Below, piece after piece: positions 30,785 through 38,227 of a stretch of DNA of 40,712 bases. The DNA is taken from NCBI GenBank assembly GCA_016201685.1, contig JACQCJ010000058.1:1-40712 (forward strand), read 5' to 3'. How positions within the stretch are numbered: the first letter of the stretch is position 1; every line of letters begins with the position of its first letter. Source of the stretch: Candidatus Peregrinibacteria bacterium. Its GTDB lineage: Bacteria; Patescibacteriota; Gracilibacteria; Peribacterales; Peribacteraceae. A program made the translations under genes and the position numbers. The notes below the pieces were generated by a model. That model had not been told where the DNA came from. It searched no databases and worked only from the letters and a program-made list of their open reading frames with translations.

Positions 30785-31720
30785 ATGTCGCTTTGCGCTG
30801 TCACAATCGGAGCAGATCTGAAAATCACGGAAAAGGGCGATGTCGCCATTATGGAACTCAATGGTACCAATGCATGGATGGAGGGGTTTCGTATTTTGTA
30901 CGGTGGCGCGCTTATTGCTCAGCGCCGTGAATTCCTCGAAGCAGAGAGAGCAAGAATGAAAAATAGTATGCGTTGGCTTTTCTTCCACGAACATCCTGCA
31001 TATGCAAAAGCTCTGCATCGGGAAAACGAACCACTCGGCGATCCGCACAACGCTTGGAATCCTCATGGACTGAGCATCCTCTGCAAAGATAAGGGCAGTC
31101 AGCGATGGTGTATCCCCGAACAGTATTCACCCCCGCATGAGGTTTTTCGGGGAGAAAATCGGGGGGCTCTCATGGAATTCATCACGAAATTACAAAGCGG
31201 TAATGGTAGCTTAAACGGCAATCCTACACTGCTCAATCTCTCACGTTTTCCCTATCTTGTGGCAAAGGAAAGTTGGGGCACAGTGGGAGGAGAAGGTGTG
31301 AACATGTATGGCATTCACGATGTAGACGAAATCCTCAGATTTGCTGAAGGTAAAGAATGGTCAATTGTTGTGGAAGGCTTTGTACCTTCCCGTCCTCTGT
31401 ATCACAACAAAACGAACCAACTTCACGAAGGGGCCATGCGATTACATGTAGATTATTTGGTCGATGAGGAGCGACAAACGCTGCAGACCTTGTTTGAGAA
31501 ATCATATTGGAAACTCTGTGGAGCGCCTTTGCAGAGCAGTGAACAATTCTCTGATTGGTGTATATCGCATTCAGGAGGTTACGTTGCAGATCTCCTCCAG
31601 CCAGTGTCCTCCGATGATCACAAGGCTGCGAAAGAAGCATTGGATGCTACGATGCGAAACTTGCTCTTGCTCGATCCAGATCTATTGAACCATGTGGAGC
31701 ATGAAGGCGTCTTACTCTGA
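30785..31720 (+). CDS. Hypothetical protein (311 aa) with ATP-grasp-like motifs in an unusual order
   Basis: LVAKESWGTVGGEGVNMYG (KPxxGxxGxGV-like), WSIVVEGFVPS, EGAMRLHVDYLV and SHSGGYVADL are in the normal order. However, the GxDxxxxxxGxxxxxExN-type motif that normally ends the fold is at the extreme N-terminus (IGADLKITEKGDVAIMELNGT). Confidence 0.55.
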   Translation: MSLCAVTIGADLKITEKGDVAIMELNGTNAWMEGFRILYGGALIAQRREFLEAERARMKNSMRWLFFHEHPAYAKALHRENEPLGDPHNAWNPHGLSILCKDKGSQRWCIPEQYSPPHEVFRGENRGALMEFITKLQSGNGSLNGNPTLLNLSRFPYLVAKESWGTVGGEGVNMYGIHDVDEILRFAEGKEWSIVVEGFVPSRPLYHNKTNQLHEGAMRLHVDYLVDEERQTLQTLFEKSYWKLCGAPLQSSEQFSDWCISHSGGYVADLLQPVSSDDHKAAKEALDATMRNLLLLDPDLLNHVEHEGVLL

Positions 31721-31761
31721 TGGTCAGTATGTAAACTGTAACCCCCACATCACCACCTCTC

Positions 31762-32073
31762 TCACACCACGATACCATCCTTCTTGATCTCCATCGCGAG
31801 TGTTGAGTACTTGTCCTCCAGATGTTCGGGGTAGAACCAGATGGGCTGAAGTTTGTAACTGATGGGATAGCGCAGCTTCCGAATATCGTGCATCTCTTGC
31901 AAACGATCACCTTTGAATGACGTACCCACCACGGCGATGTCTACGTCGCTCTGATCATGCATCTCATTCCTGGCCACGGAACCGAACACAATGAACGCGG
32001 ACATGGGGATGCGAGCTTCCTGCAATGATTGCTTGTACCGCCTTGCCAAATCGAGTGCCTCTTCTTGTGTCAT
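31762..32073 (-). CDS. Minimal nucleotidyltransferase (MNT-type antitoxin-like)
   Basis: IPMSAFIVFGSVARNEMHDQSDVDIAVVG (GS...DxD). 103 aa. ATGA overlap with the upstream HEPN gene. Confidence 0.85.
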   Translation of the reverse strand: MTQEEALDLARRYKQSLQEARIPMSAFIVFGSVARNEMHDQSDVDIAVVGTSFKGDRLQEMHDIRKLRYPISYKLQPIWFYPEHLEDKYSTLAMEIKKDGIVV

Positions 32074-32456
32074 ACGAAGAGACTCGAAAGAATTCGCTCA
32101 GTCTTCTGCAACCATTTTCCGGCATTTGCTGCCGTTGCATTTGAGGAAAACCATTGATCATCACCGTAACGAGAGAGAATGGCGAAATCCGTAATCTCCT
32201 CAAAGTCATCTCTTTCATGTTGCTTTCGGTTGCTCTCCAGCAAATCCGCGAGCTCATTCAGATCGTGCGTAAACGGTGCGGCCTCGTCTTTTTTCAGAAT
32301 GTACCTGGCCTTCAGCGCCAATTCCAAAGCCAAATGACAGTGGAAGAGCACTTCTCCATACACATCCGGCTCCTTCTTCTCGAAGAGAATACGTGCGGCT
32401 TTCAGTTCTGAACGTGCTCTCTCTTGCCAATGAGTAGCAGCTTCATCCTGCGTCAC
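32070..32456 (-). CDS. HEPN domain protein (toxin-like partner of the NT gene)
   Basis: 128 aa, GTG start. WQERARSELKAARILFEKKEPDVYGEVLFHCHLALELALKARYIL....APFTHDLNELADLL has the HEPN helix pattern with the (T)HDL motif. Confidence 0.85.
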   Translation of the reverse strand: MTQDEAATHWQERARSELKAARILFEKKEPDVYGEVLFHCHLALELALKARYILKKDEAAPFTHDLNELADLLESNRKQHERDDFEEITDFAILSRYGDDQWFSSNATAANAGKWLQKTERILSSLFV

Positions 32457-32462
32457 GCACCC

Positions 32463-32471
32463 ACTATACCA
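32463..32471 (-). promoter_or_regulatory. Extended -10 promoter for the HEPN-NT operon (leaderless geometry)
   Basis: The minus strand reads TGGTATAGT, then 6 nt (GGGTGC), then GTG (32456). Confidence 0.35.
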
Positions 32472-32643
32472 CAGAAAATGATGAGAAACCCGAAGCCAAG
32501 GAACGAGGCGATCGCAGAAAGCATCAAGCTGCCCGCCCGAACGTACCGACCCGCCAGACCGCTGTCGGGCTGGCGTTCGGACGGGCGGACAAGACTCCAG
32601 CCGTTCGAGGCCCTGACGGGCCCTCAGGCCCGGAACGGGTGTT

Positions 32644-32708
32644 CAAACAATTCATCAATGATCAAGAACATCTTGAATATTCAAACCTGGTTTCTTGATG
32701 AATTGTTT
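32644..32708. repeat. Palindromic MITE-like repeat (CAAACAATTC...GAATTGTTT), copy 2
   Basis: See 19837-19902. It is immediately followed by a CCTGAGCAGAGTCGAAGGGTGA unit (32714-32737). Confidence 0.8.
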
Positions 32709-32777
32709 ACATGCCCTGAGCAGAGTCGAAGGGTGATTTGGTGCTTGGTGCTTGGTTTTTTTTCTGCGACTCTCCCG

Positions 32778-32783
32778 TATACT
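32778..32783 (+). promoter_or_regulatory. -10 box of the hydrolase gene (leaderless geometry)
   Basis: TATACT, then 7 nt, then ATG 32791. No convincing -35. Confidence 0.35.
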
Positions 32784-32790
32784 CTCCGCA

Positions 32791-33531
32791 ATGAAAGCTC
32801 TCCTCCTCTGCCTCCACGGCTGGGGCGGCTCGAAGGAGTCGTTCACGGAACTCCGTGTGGCCCTCAAGGATGCGGATATCGAAGTGCTGACGCCGGATCT
32901 CCCGGGATTCGGCGATGAACCGGAGCCCAAGCGGCCATGGACCGTGGAAGATTACGCCGATTGGGTGGAGAAGTGGCTCACGGATCGCTTCAGTCGCGAG
33001 CATCTGCTGCAGGAACAATTTCTCCTCCTCGGACATTCCCACGGCGGGCGCATCGCAATCACGCTCGCGGTGCGCGGGCGACTGCCCATCGATCACCTGT
33101 ACCTGTGCGCGGCGGCGGGCATCCGTCGTCCCCGCCATCTCAAGCGGATCATCGGCTTGGCGCTCGCCAAGGCCGGGAGAATCTTCCTGGCGATTCCGGG
33201 ATTGAAGATCCTTCGGCCAATCGGGCGCTTGCTCCTCTACCGCCTCGTGCGCGTGCACGATTACGAGCGCGCGAGCCCCGTGATACGTCAGACCCTGATC
33301 AACGTCACAGCGGAGGATCTCCGTCCGCTCCTTCCGAAGATCCATCTCCCCACCGACATCTTCTGGGGAATGGATGACCGCATGGTTCCCGTGAAGGACG
33401 CGAAGCTGATGCATGAGAGCATTCGCGGCAGCCGCCTGCACCTCTACAAGAACGTCCGCCACGCCGTCCATCGGGACCGTGCGACGAATATTGCGGAAGT
33501 GATCGTACGTGATTTGGTGAGGGAAGGGTAG
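32791..33531 (+). CDS. Alpha/beta hydrolase fold protein
   Basis: MKALLLCLHGWGGSKESF..., nucleophile elbow LLGHSHGG, and a C-terminal ...NVRHAVH histidine region. 246 aa. Confidence 0.85.
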   Translation: MKALLLCLHGWGGSKESFTELRVALKDADIEVLTPDLPGFGDEPEPKRPWTVEDYADWVEKWLTDRFSREHLLQEQFLLLGHSHGGRIAITLAVRGRLPIDHLYLCAAAGIRRPRHLKRIIGLALAKAGRIFLAIPGLKILRPIGRLLLYRLVRVHDYERASPVIRQTLINVTAEDLRPLLPKIHLPTDIFWGMDDRMVPVKDAKLMHESIRGSRLHLYKNVRHAVHRDRATNIAEVIVRDLVREG

Positions 33532-33557
33532 GCTACAATTCCCCCATCGCTGAATCC

Positions 33558-35123
33558 GTGCTCCTCATCGGCCTCGTCCTCCTCGCATCGCTCTCCCCTC
33601 TCTGCACCGCCGCAGCACTCTGGCAGATGAAGGAGTGGCGATGGGACAGATTGCTCGAGCACCTGCGACGCGAAGGGATCCTCCGGCAGCTCTTCGGGTG
33701 GCTGCGTCCGGCGGTCGCGGCTGCCTTCGCCTGGATCTTTCTCCTGCGGTTGCTCCCGCTCGAGCACTGGGTGCTCCTGTTCCTGACCACACTCGCCGGG
33801 CTCTCCATCATCCAATTCGGTCTGCGGAAACAACGCTTGCCGATCCTCACCCGGAAGGCCGTCGTGCTCGTCGCCACGAGTGTGCTTCTGACGGCGATTG
33901 CTGCGTTCGTCTTGACGCTCCATTTGAACAGATTGGGCGCCAACGTCCTGCTCCCCTTTCTGCCCCTCCTGCAGCCATTCTTCGTGATGCTCTCCTGGCT
34001 CCTCTGGCGTCCCGTCGATTTCATCTTGAAGAAGCGCGTACTCGATCGGGCGCAGGATCTTCGAGCACTGGAGAATAATCTGACCGTGATCGGGATCACG
34101 GGGAGTGTCGGGAAGACGACGACGAAGGAGATCCTGGCCCACGTGCTTGCGGAGCTTCCCGCCATCGCGACTCCGGCATACGTGAATTCGGAGATGGGCG
34201 TTGCGCACTGGCTGATCGAAACCTTCTCGAAGCCGGACCATCCGAAGACTCTGATCATCGAAATGGGCGCGTACCGCGAGGGCGAGATCGCGCTCCTGAG
34301 CGCCATTGCGAAGCAGACGATCGGCGTCGTGACGTACGTGGGATCGCAGCACCTCGCACTCTTCGGCTCGGAGGAAGCGCTCGTGCGAACCAAGGCGGAA
34401 ATCATCACGCATCTTCCTCAAGACGGCCATGCGTTCCTCAATGGAGACAATGACGCCGCGAGGAAGATGAAGGAACTCTCGCCGTGCCCCGTGACGATCG
34501 TGGGGACCGGCGGCAGCTGCGACATCGAAGCGTTCGACGTGGAGGAGACGCCGACCGGGATTCGCTTCCGCGTGGAGGGGAGGACGTTTTCCCTTCCTTT
34601 CCACGGCACACATAACGTGACGAACGTGCTTCTCGCGATCGCCGTGGCCAGGCATCTGGGGATGACGGATGACGCGATCGCAGCGCGCCTGAAGACGTTC
34701 ATCCCTCCACAGCACACCTTCAGCGTCCGGGCAGAGCGGAATGTCACGATCCTCGACGACACCCACAATTCCAGCGCCGCGAGCTTCCGCGCCGCCATCG
34801 CCTGGGCCCGCACCCAACCGTTCGAAGCAAAGACGCTCCTCGCCTCCGGGCTCATCGAACTTGGCGACCAGTACGAGCCGATCCACCGCGAACTCGGCGC
34901 GCTCGCTACACACGTGTTCAGTCGCGTCATCTTCCTCGACGAAGAAAGTGCCAAGATGTTCCAACAAGGATTCGGAAAGCCGGTGGAAGTGCTCCGCAAG
35001 CAGGTGCTACGAGTGTCTTCCGGATCATTGCTCGTGTGCATTGGAAGAATGCGACCGTCGACCATCAATCGGTTGCTGCCTTCTGAAATTGTTGCCACTG
35101 AAAAACGTGAAATGACTTCATAA
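33558..35123 (+). CDS. murF: Mur ligase, MurF-like (UDP-MurNAc-tripeptide:D-Ala-D-Ala ligase), with an N-terminal ~150-aa multi-TM segment
   Basis: GTG start. 4 hydrophobic helices, then VIGITGSVGKTTTKEIL...EMGAYREGEI...GVVTYVGSQHL..FGS.E.....K.EI......G.AFLNGDN...HNV.N.LLAIAVA..LG...........F.P...........ILDDTHNSS (Mur ligase central and C-terminal domains). Confidence 0.8.
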   Translation: MLLIGLVLLASLSPLCTAAALWQMKEWRWDRLLEHLRREGILRQLFGWLRPAVAAAFAWIFLLRLLPLEHWVLLFLTTLAGLSIIQFGLRKQRLPILTRKAVVLVATSVLLTAIAAFVLTLHLNRLGANVLLPFLPLLQPFFVMLSWLLWRPVDFILKKRVLDRAQDLRALENNLTVIGITGSVGKTTTKEILAHVLAELPAIATPAYVNSEMGVAHWLIETFSKPDHPKTLIIEMGAYREGEIALLSAIAKQTIGVVTYVGSQHLALFGSEEALVRTKAEIITHLPQDGHAFLNGDNDAARKMKELSPCPVTIVGTGGSCDIEAFDVEETPTGIRFRVEGRTFSLPFHGTHNVTNVLLAIAVARHLGMTDDAIAARLKTFIPPQHTFSVRAERNVTILDDTHNSSAASFRAAIAWARTQPFEAKTLLASGLIELGDQYEPIHRELGALATHVFSRVIFLDEESAKMFQQGFGKPVEVLRKQVLRVSSGSLLVCIGRMRPSTINRLLPSEIVATEKREMTS

Positions 35124-35135
35124 TTCCTACAGGGT

Positions 35136-35234
35136 CGCGGCCACCCTTCGACAAGCTCAGGGTGACATGGCCGCTCTCAGGTTCTTACAATTTTGAATTC
35201 TGATTCGCAATTCGCCACTTGCAATTCGCAATTC
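35136..35234. repeat. Composite MITE-like element (copy C, inverted relative to copy A)
   Basis: GCGGCCACCCTTCGACAAGCTCAGGGTGACATGGCCGCTCTCA (35137-35179) followed by ...GATTCGCAATTCGCCACTTGCAATTCGCAATTC. The core matches the reverse complement of 20888-20930 at 41/43. Confidence 0.85.
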
Positions 35235-35246
35235 ATCCCTCAATCA

Positions 35247-36569
35247 ATGTCTCTCTTCTCTCCCATCCACCACACGTTCGCCCCTCTTGCAGACGCACGG
35301 CTGCGCCGCTGCGCCCGCGCACTCTCGTACCTGCCATGGCGCTACAAGCGCGGACCGTACAGTGAAAAACTCCGAAGGGCGCTCGAGGAGAAATTCGGGG
35401 GAAGAGCCTTCCTCTTCTCCACCGGCCGCGAGGCGCTCTTCGCGTTTCTTCAATCGATTCCCTCAAAACCCGGCGACGAAGTGATCATCCAGAGTTACAC
35501 CTGCGTTGTCGTCCCAAATGCCATTCATGCCGCCGGACTCAAGACGGTCTACTGCGACATCGAACGCGACACGCTGAGTCTGGATTGCGAAGAGATCGAA
35601 GTGCTCATCACGCCGAAGACGTGTGCGATCATTTGCCAACACACCTTCGGCATTCCCGCGGACACCAAGCGCCTGCGGGAAATCTGTGACCGTCACGGGA
35701 TTCTGCTCATCGAAGACTGCGCGCACGTGATCCCGGATGAAACCGGACCACGCGACATCGGAACAGAGGGCGATGCGCTCCTTCTCAGTTTCGGCCGAGA
35801 CAAAGCCATCTCCGGCATCACCGGCGGGGCCATCATCAGCCGCGTTGCCTCGGCGAATCCCACGCTCGAGCGGATGGCCAAGCACGCGCACGATCTCTCC
35901 TTCTTCACGATTCTGCGGCTGCTCGAATACCCGAACATCTACGGCTGGGCGAAGCTCTTCTACGGCCTTGGGATGGGCAAATTCTCGCTCTTCCTGCACT
36001 CAAAGATCGGAGCGCTTCGACCCATTCTAACAAGCGACGAAAAACATGGCCGCATGCGCACGGTCCTCCACCGCATCCCCGACGTCTGCGCCGCCCTCGC
36101 CCTCGAACAACTGGAGCGTCTACGGGAACTGAATGATCATCGGAGGATGTTGACGAAGTTTTTCCTTGAGGAAGGAAAAAAGAGAAGATGGCCGATGCTA
36201 CATTGCTTCTGTCCTGGTGAGCGCGTCGAACCATGGACAGAAGCAAAATTGTCGACCCTTCGACGGGCTCAGGGTGACAATTTGATAGTTGTTCAGGAAT
36301 CTCCCCTCCAAAAATTCCCCCTCTTCGTCCGCGGCGCCGAAAAAATCCGCCGCGCGCTCAAGAAAAAAAATATTCATCTCCACGACGGCTGGACGGGCTG
36401 TGTCGTGTGCCCCGCCTCCGTGCACCTCCCCGATACCGGCTATGAAATGGGCAACGATCTGGCGGCCGAAGCCGTCTGCGAAGAAATCCTCAGCTTGCCG
36501 ACGCATCCGACGATGAGTCTGAAGCAGGCAAAAGAGCTTGTGGAAGCCCTGGATCATCTGCTTCAATGA
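35247..36569 (+). CDS. DegT/DnrJ/EryC1/StrS-family PLP-dependent sugar aminotransferase, carrying an in-frame repeat-derived insertion
   Basis: STGREALFAFLQSI...GDEVIIQSYTCVVVPNAI..AGLKTVYCDI......IICQHTFGIPAD...I.....GILLIEDCAH.....LLLSFGRDKAISG (Schiff-base Lys). Residues around ..EAKLSTLRRAQGDNL.. are encoded by the REP core at 36251-36278. Confidence 0.85.
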   Translation: MSLFSPIHHTFAPLADARLRRCARALSYLPWRYKRGPYSEKLRRALEEKFGGRAFLFSTGREALFAFLQSIPSKPGDEVIIQSYTCVVVPNAIHAAGLKTVYCDIERDTLSLDCEEIEVLITPKTCAIICQHTFGIPADTKRLREICDRHGILLIEDCAHVIPDETGPRDIGTEGDALLLSFGRDKAISGITGGAIISRVASANPTLERMAKHAHDLSFFTILRLLEYPNIYGWAKLFYGLGMGKFSLFLHSKIGALRPILTSDEKHGRMRTVLHRIPDVCAALALEQLERLRELNDHRRMLTKFFLEEGKKRRWPMLHCFCPGERVEPWTEAKLSTLRRAQGDNLIVVQESPLQKFPLFVRGAEKIRRALKKKNIHLHDGWTGCVVCPASVHLPDTGYEMGNDLAAEAVCEEILSLPTHPTMSLKQAKELVEALDHLLQ

Positions 36570-36575
36570 CGCGCT

Positions 36576-37166
36576 ATGGCTGCGCCGTTCTTCACGCTCA
36601 AAGGGAAGACGCTCGTCCTCATCGATTGGGCCAATATTTTCCATGCACAGCGTAAGAACGGATGGGCGGTCGATACTCGAAAGCTCCTTGCTCTCTTCAA
36701 AGAGCATCCGGAAATCCATGACATCGTCCTTTTCCATGGAACCGATCAGCACGAAAAATCGCAGTCCTTCCTCCGGGAACAAGCGGCCATCGGCTATCGC
36801 ATCGTGACGAAGGCCGTGAAGAAAGTGCCGGTGACGGTGGACCATGAGGGCAATCCGCTCCCAGAGGCAATCCTGCGGCGCAAGTGCGACTTCGATGTCG
36901 AAATCGCCAAGGAAATTCTCCTGAATCTCGACCGGTATCAGGGTTTCATTCTCATGAGTGGTGATGGAGATTACGCCCCCATTCTCGACGTGCTTCGCGA
37001 GCGCCGGACGCAAACAATCCTCGTGTTCCCGAAGGGCGGCTTGGGACGAGAATACACGGAAAACCCGCTCAGGAAGCATGCGATTTTTCTCTGCTCGCTT
37101 GAACGTCTGCGTCCCTTCATTGAGTTCAAAAATATCCCGGCGGGACCGAAATCCCGTCGGGCGTGA
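36576..37166 (+). CDS. NYN-domain (LabA/DUF88-like, PIN-fold) putative nuclease
   Basis: LVLIDWANIFHAQ...VLFHGTD....SFLREQAAIGYRIVTKAVKK......RKCDFDVEIAKEILLNLDRYQGFILMSGDGDYAPILDVLRERRTQTILVF. ATG lies 6 nt after the DegT stop. Confidence 0.8.
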   Translation: MAAPFFTLKGKTLVLIDWANIFHAQRKNGWAVDTRKLLALFKEHPEIHDIVLFHGTDQHEKSQSFLREQAAIGYRIVTKAVKKVPVTVDHEGNPLPEAILRRKCDFDVEIAKEILLNLDRYQGFILMSGDGDYAPILDVLRERRTQTILVFPKGGLGREYTENPLRKHAIFLCSLERLRPFIEFKNIPAGPKSRRA

Positions 37167-37223
37167 TTGATTTCAGTATAGCCGCGGATAGGAGCGAGTC
37201 AAATCTTTTTGAGAGCCCGCTGC

Positions 37224-37412
37224 GGCTGGACGGGCTGTGTCGTCTGCCCTGCCTCGGTGCATCTCCCCGATACCAGCTACGAACTGGGCAACGATCCGGC
37301 TGCCGAAGCCCTCTGCGAAGAAATCCTCAGCTTGCCGACGCATCCGACGATGACGACGAAACAAGCGAAGGAATTGGTGGACGCTTTGGATCTTGTCCTT
37401 CAGAAAAAATGA
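37224..37412 (+). pseudogene. Orphan, diverged duplicate of the DegT aminotransferase 3' end (last ~60 codons)
   Basis: GWTGCVVCPASVHLPDTSYELGNDPAAEALCEEILSLPTHPTMTTKQAKELVDALDLVLQKK* compared with the DegT C-terminus GWTGCVVCPASVHLPDTGYEMGNDLAAEAVCEEILSLPTHPTMSLKQAKELVEALDHLLQ* (36387-36569). No upstream DegT body. Confidence 0.8.
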
Positions 37413-37442
37413 TGATTTTTGGCATACGTATGCTTCTTTTCA

Positions 37443-37853
37443 TCATGGAAGAAGCTTCAATGCTTTCTTGTTCGCGAGTCGGTACACGGTGAAATCCCGG
37501 CGATCCAGGGTGAACACTATATCGATCTTCTCACGCTCGGCGAGGTAGACAAGGCAGGCGTCGGCCAGTTGCACTCCTTGATCCGCATACTGCGTAAAGA
37601 ACGTCGAGAGCCACGACATGGCGGATGCATCGAGCGGAAGAAGCTGGAACAGTCCAACCTCAAACCCGTCGAGCAACCGCTGCACGGCCGCCAGATCCGT
37701 ACGCAGCAACCATGCCGCCTCCGTGATGACCGGCCAACAGGTGAGGAGTGGAGGCGAAAGCTTGCGGAGTTGCTCGACACATGCGGTGTGGTGAGCATCC
37801 CGCTGCGAGAGAATGGCAACCAACGGCCCCGTATCGACAAGGACCCGGCTCAT
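37443..37853 (-). CDS. vapC: PIN-domain ribonuclease toxin VapC
   Basis: MSRVLVDTGPLVAILSQRD.H........L.....PLLTCWPVITEAAWLL.....VQLADACLVYLAEREKIDIVFTLDRRDF has the conserved D..E..D..D positions. Start overlaps the antitoxin stop (37850-37853). Confidence 0.85.
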   Translation of the reverse strand: MSRVLVDTGPLVAILSQRDAHHTACVEQLRKLSPPLLTCWPVITEAAWLLRTDLAAVQRLLDGFEVGLFQLLPLDASAMSWLSTFFTQYADQGVQLADACLVYLAEREKIDIVFTLDRRDFTVYRLANKKALKLLP

Positions 37854-38095
37854 GATTGGCCGAAGCCATCGAGATGCTTCTGGTTCGTGCTGAGATCGCT
37901 CGGGCCGCTTTTCATGGCCTCGATGAGCCCGGCTTTCCGCGCCAAAGCGTAGCAGCTACGGGTGGTGGTGCGAGCGGTCCGATGAGGGGTTGGCGAGACA
38001 GTCACCTGTACCCGCTCATGCTCGCGCAGCTTGAGCGGCTGCAATGGACGGAGTACGCCCTGCTCGTAGACGGCTTGGAGAGTCTTCGGATTCAT
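37850..38095 (-). CDS. Antitoxin, DUF104/AF2212-like N-terminal domain (VapB-type partner)
   Basis: MNPKTLQAVYEQGVLRPLQPLKLREHERVQVTV is the family's AxYEnGvLkPLxxLxLxE pattern. 81 aa. Confidence 0.65.
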   Translation of the reverse strand: MNPKTLQAVYEQGVLRPLQPLKLREHERVQVTVSPTPHRTARTTTRSCYALARKAGLIEAMKSGPSDLSTNQKHLDGFGQS

Positions 38096-38101
38096 GCCTC
38101 T

Positions 38102-38107
38102 ATTCTA
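38102..38107 (-). promoter_or_regulatory. -10 box for the vapBC operon (leaderless geometry)
   Basis: The minus strand reads TAGAAT, then 6 nt (AGAGGC), then ATG (38095). Confidence 0.35.
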
Positions 38108-38218
38108 CAACACAATACTCTGGCATCCCACTCATTCCCGAGCAAAAAGCTCATATCTCAGGCCTCCTCGTACCACAGCACAGATCTCTCTTTCCGCTTC
38201 CAAATTATGCTAATTTTG

Positions 38219-38227
38219 TGTTATAAT
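38219..38227 (+). promoter_or_regulatory. Extended -10 promoter (TGTTATAAT) about 185 nt upstream of the next plus-strand gene
   Basis: Perfect TGnTATAAT at 38219-38227 in an AT-rich spacer. The downstream gene (ATG 38413) has a GGAGG SD at about 38403-38407. This implies a long structured 5' UTR or a small RNA. Confidence 0.35.

Noticed and set aside
32546-32553. A direct repeat of the tRNA-Met 3' end at the far side of the 30.25-32.75 kb islet, which would define att sites.
   Set aside because: Only an 8-nt match (CCGACCCG) to the tRNA T-stem/acceptor region was found, which is too short to be meaningful. The island boundaries therefore remain compositional only.
36387-37412. Whether the DegT 3' duplicate pair (or the tRNA-Pro repeat pair) is a DGR template/variable repeat.
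   Set aside because: Mismatches between the copies involve all four bases and are not restricted to adenines of one copy. No reverse transcriptase is in the window.
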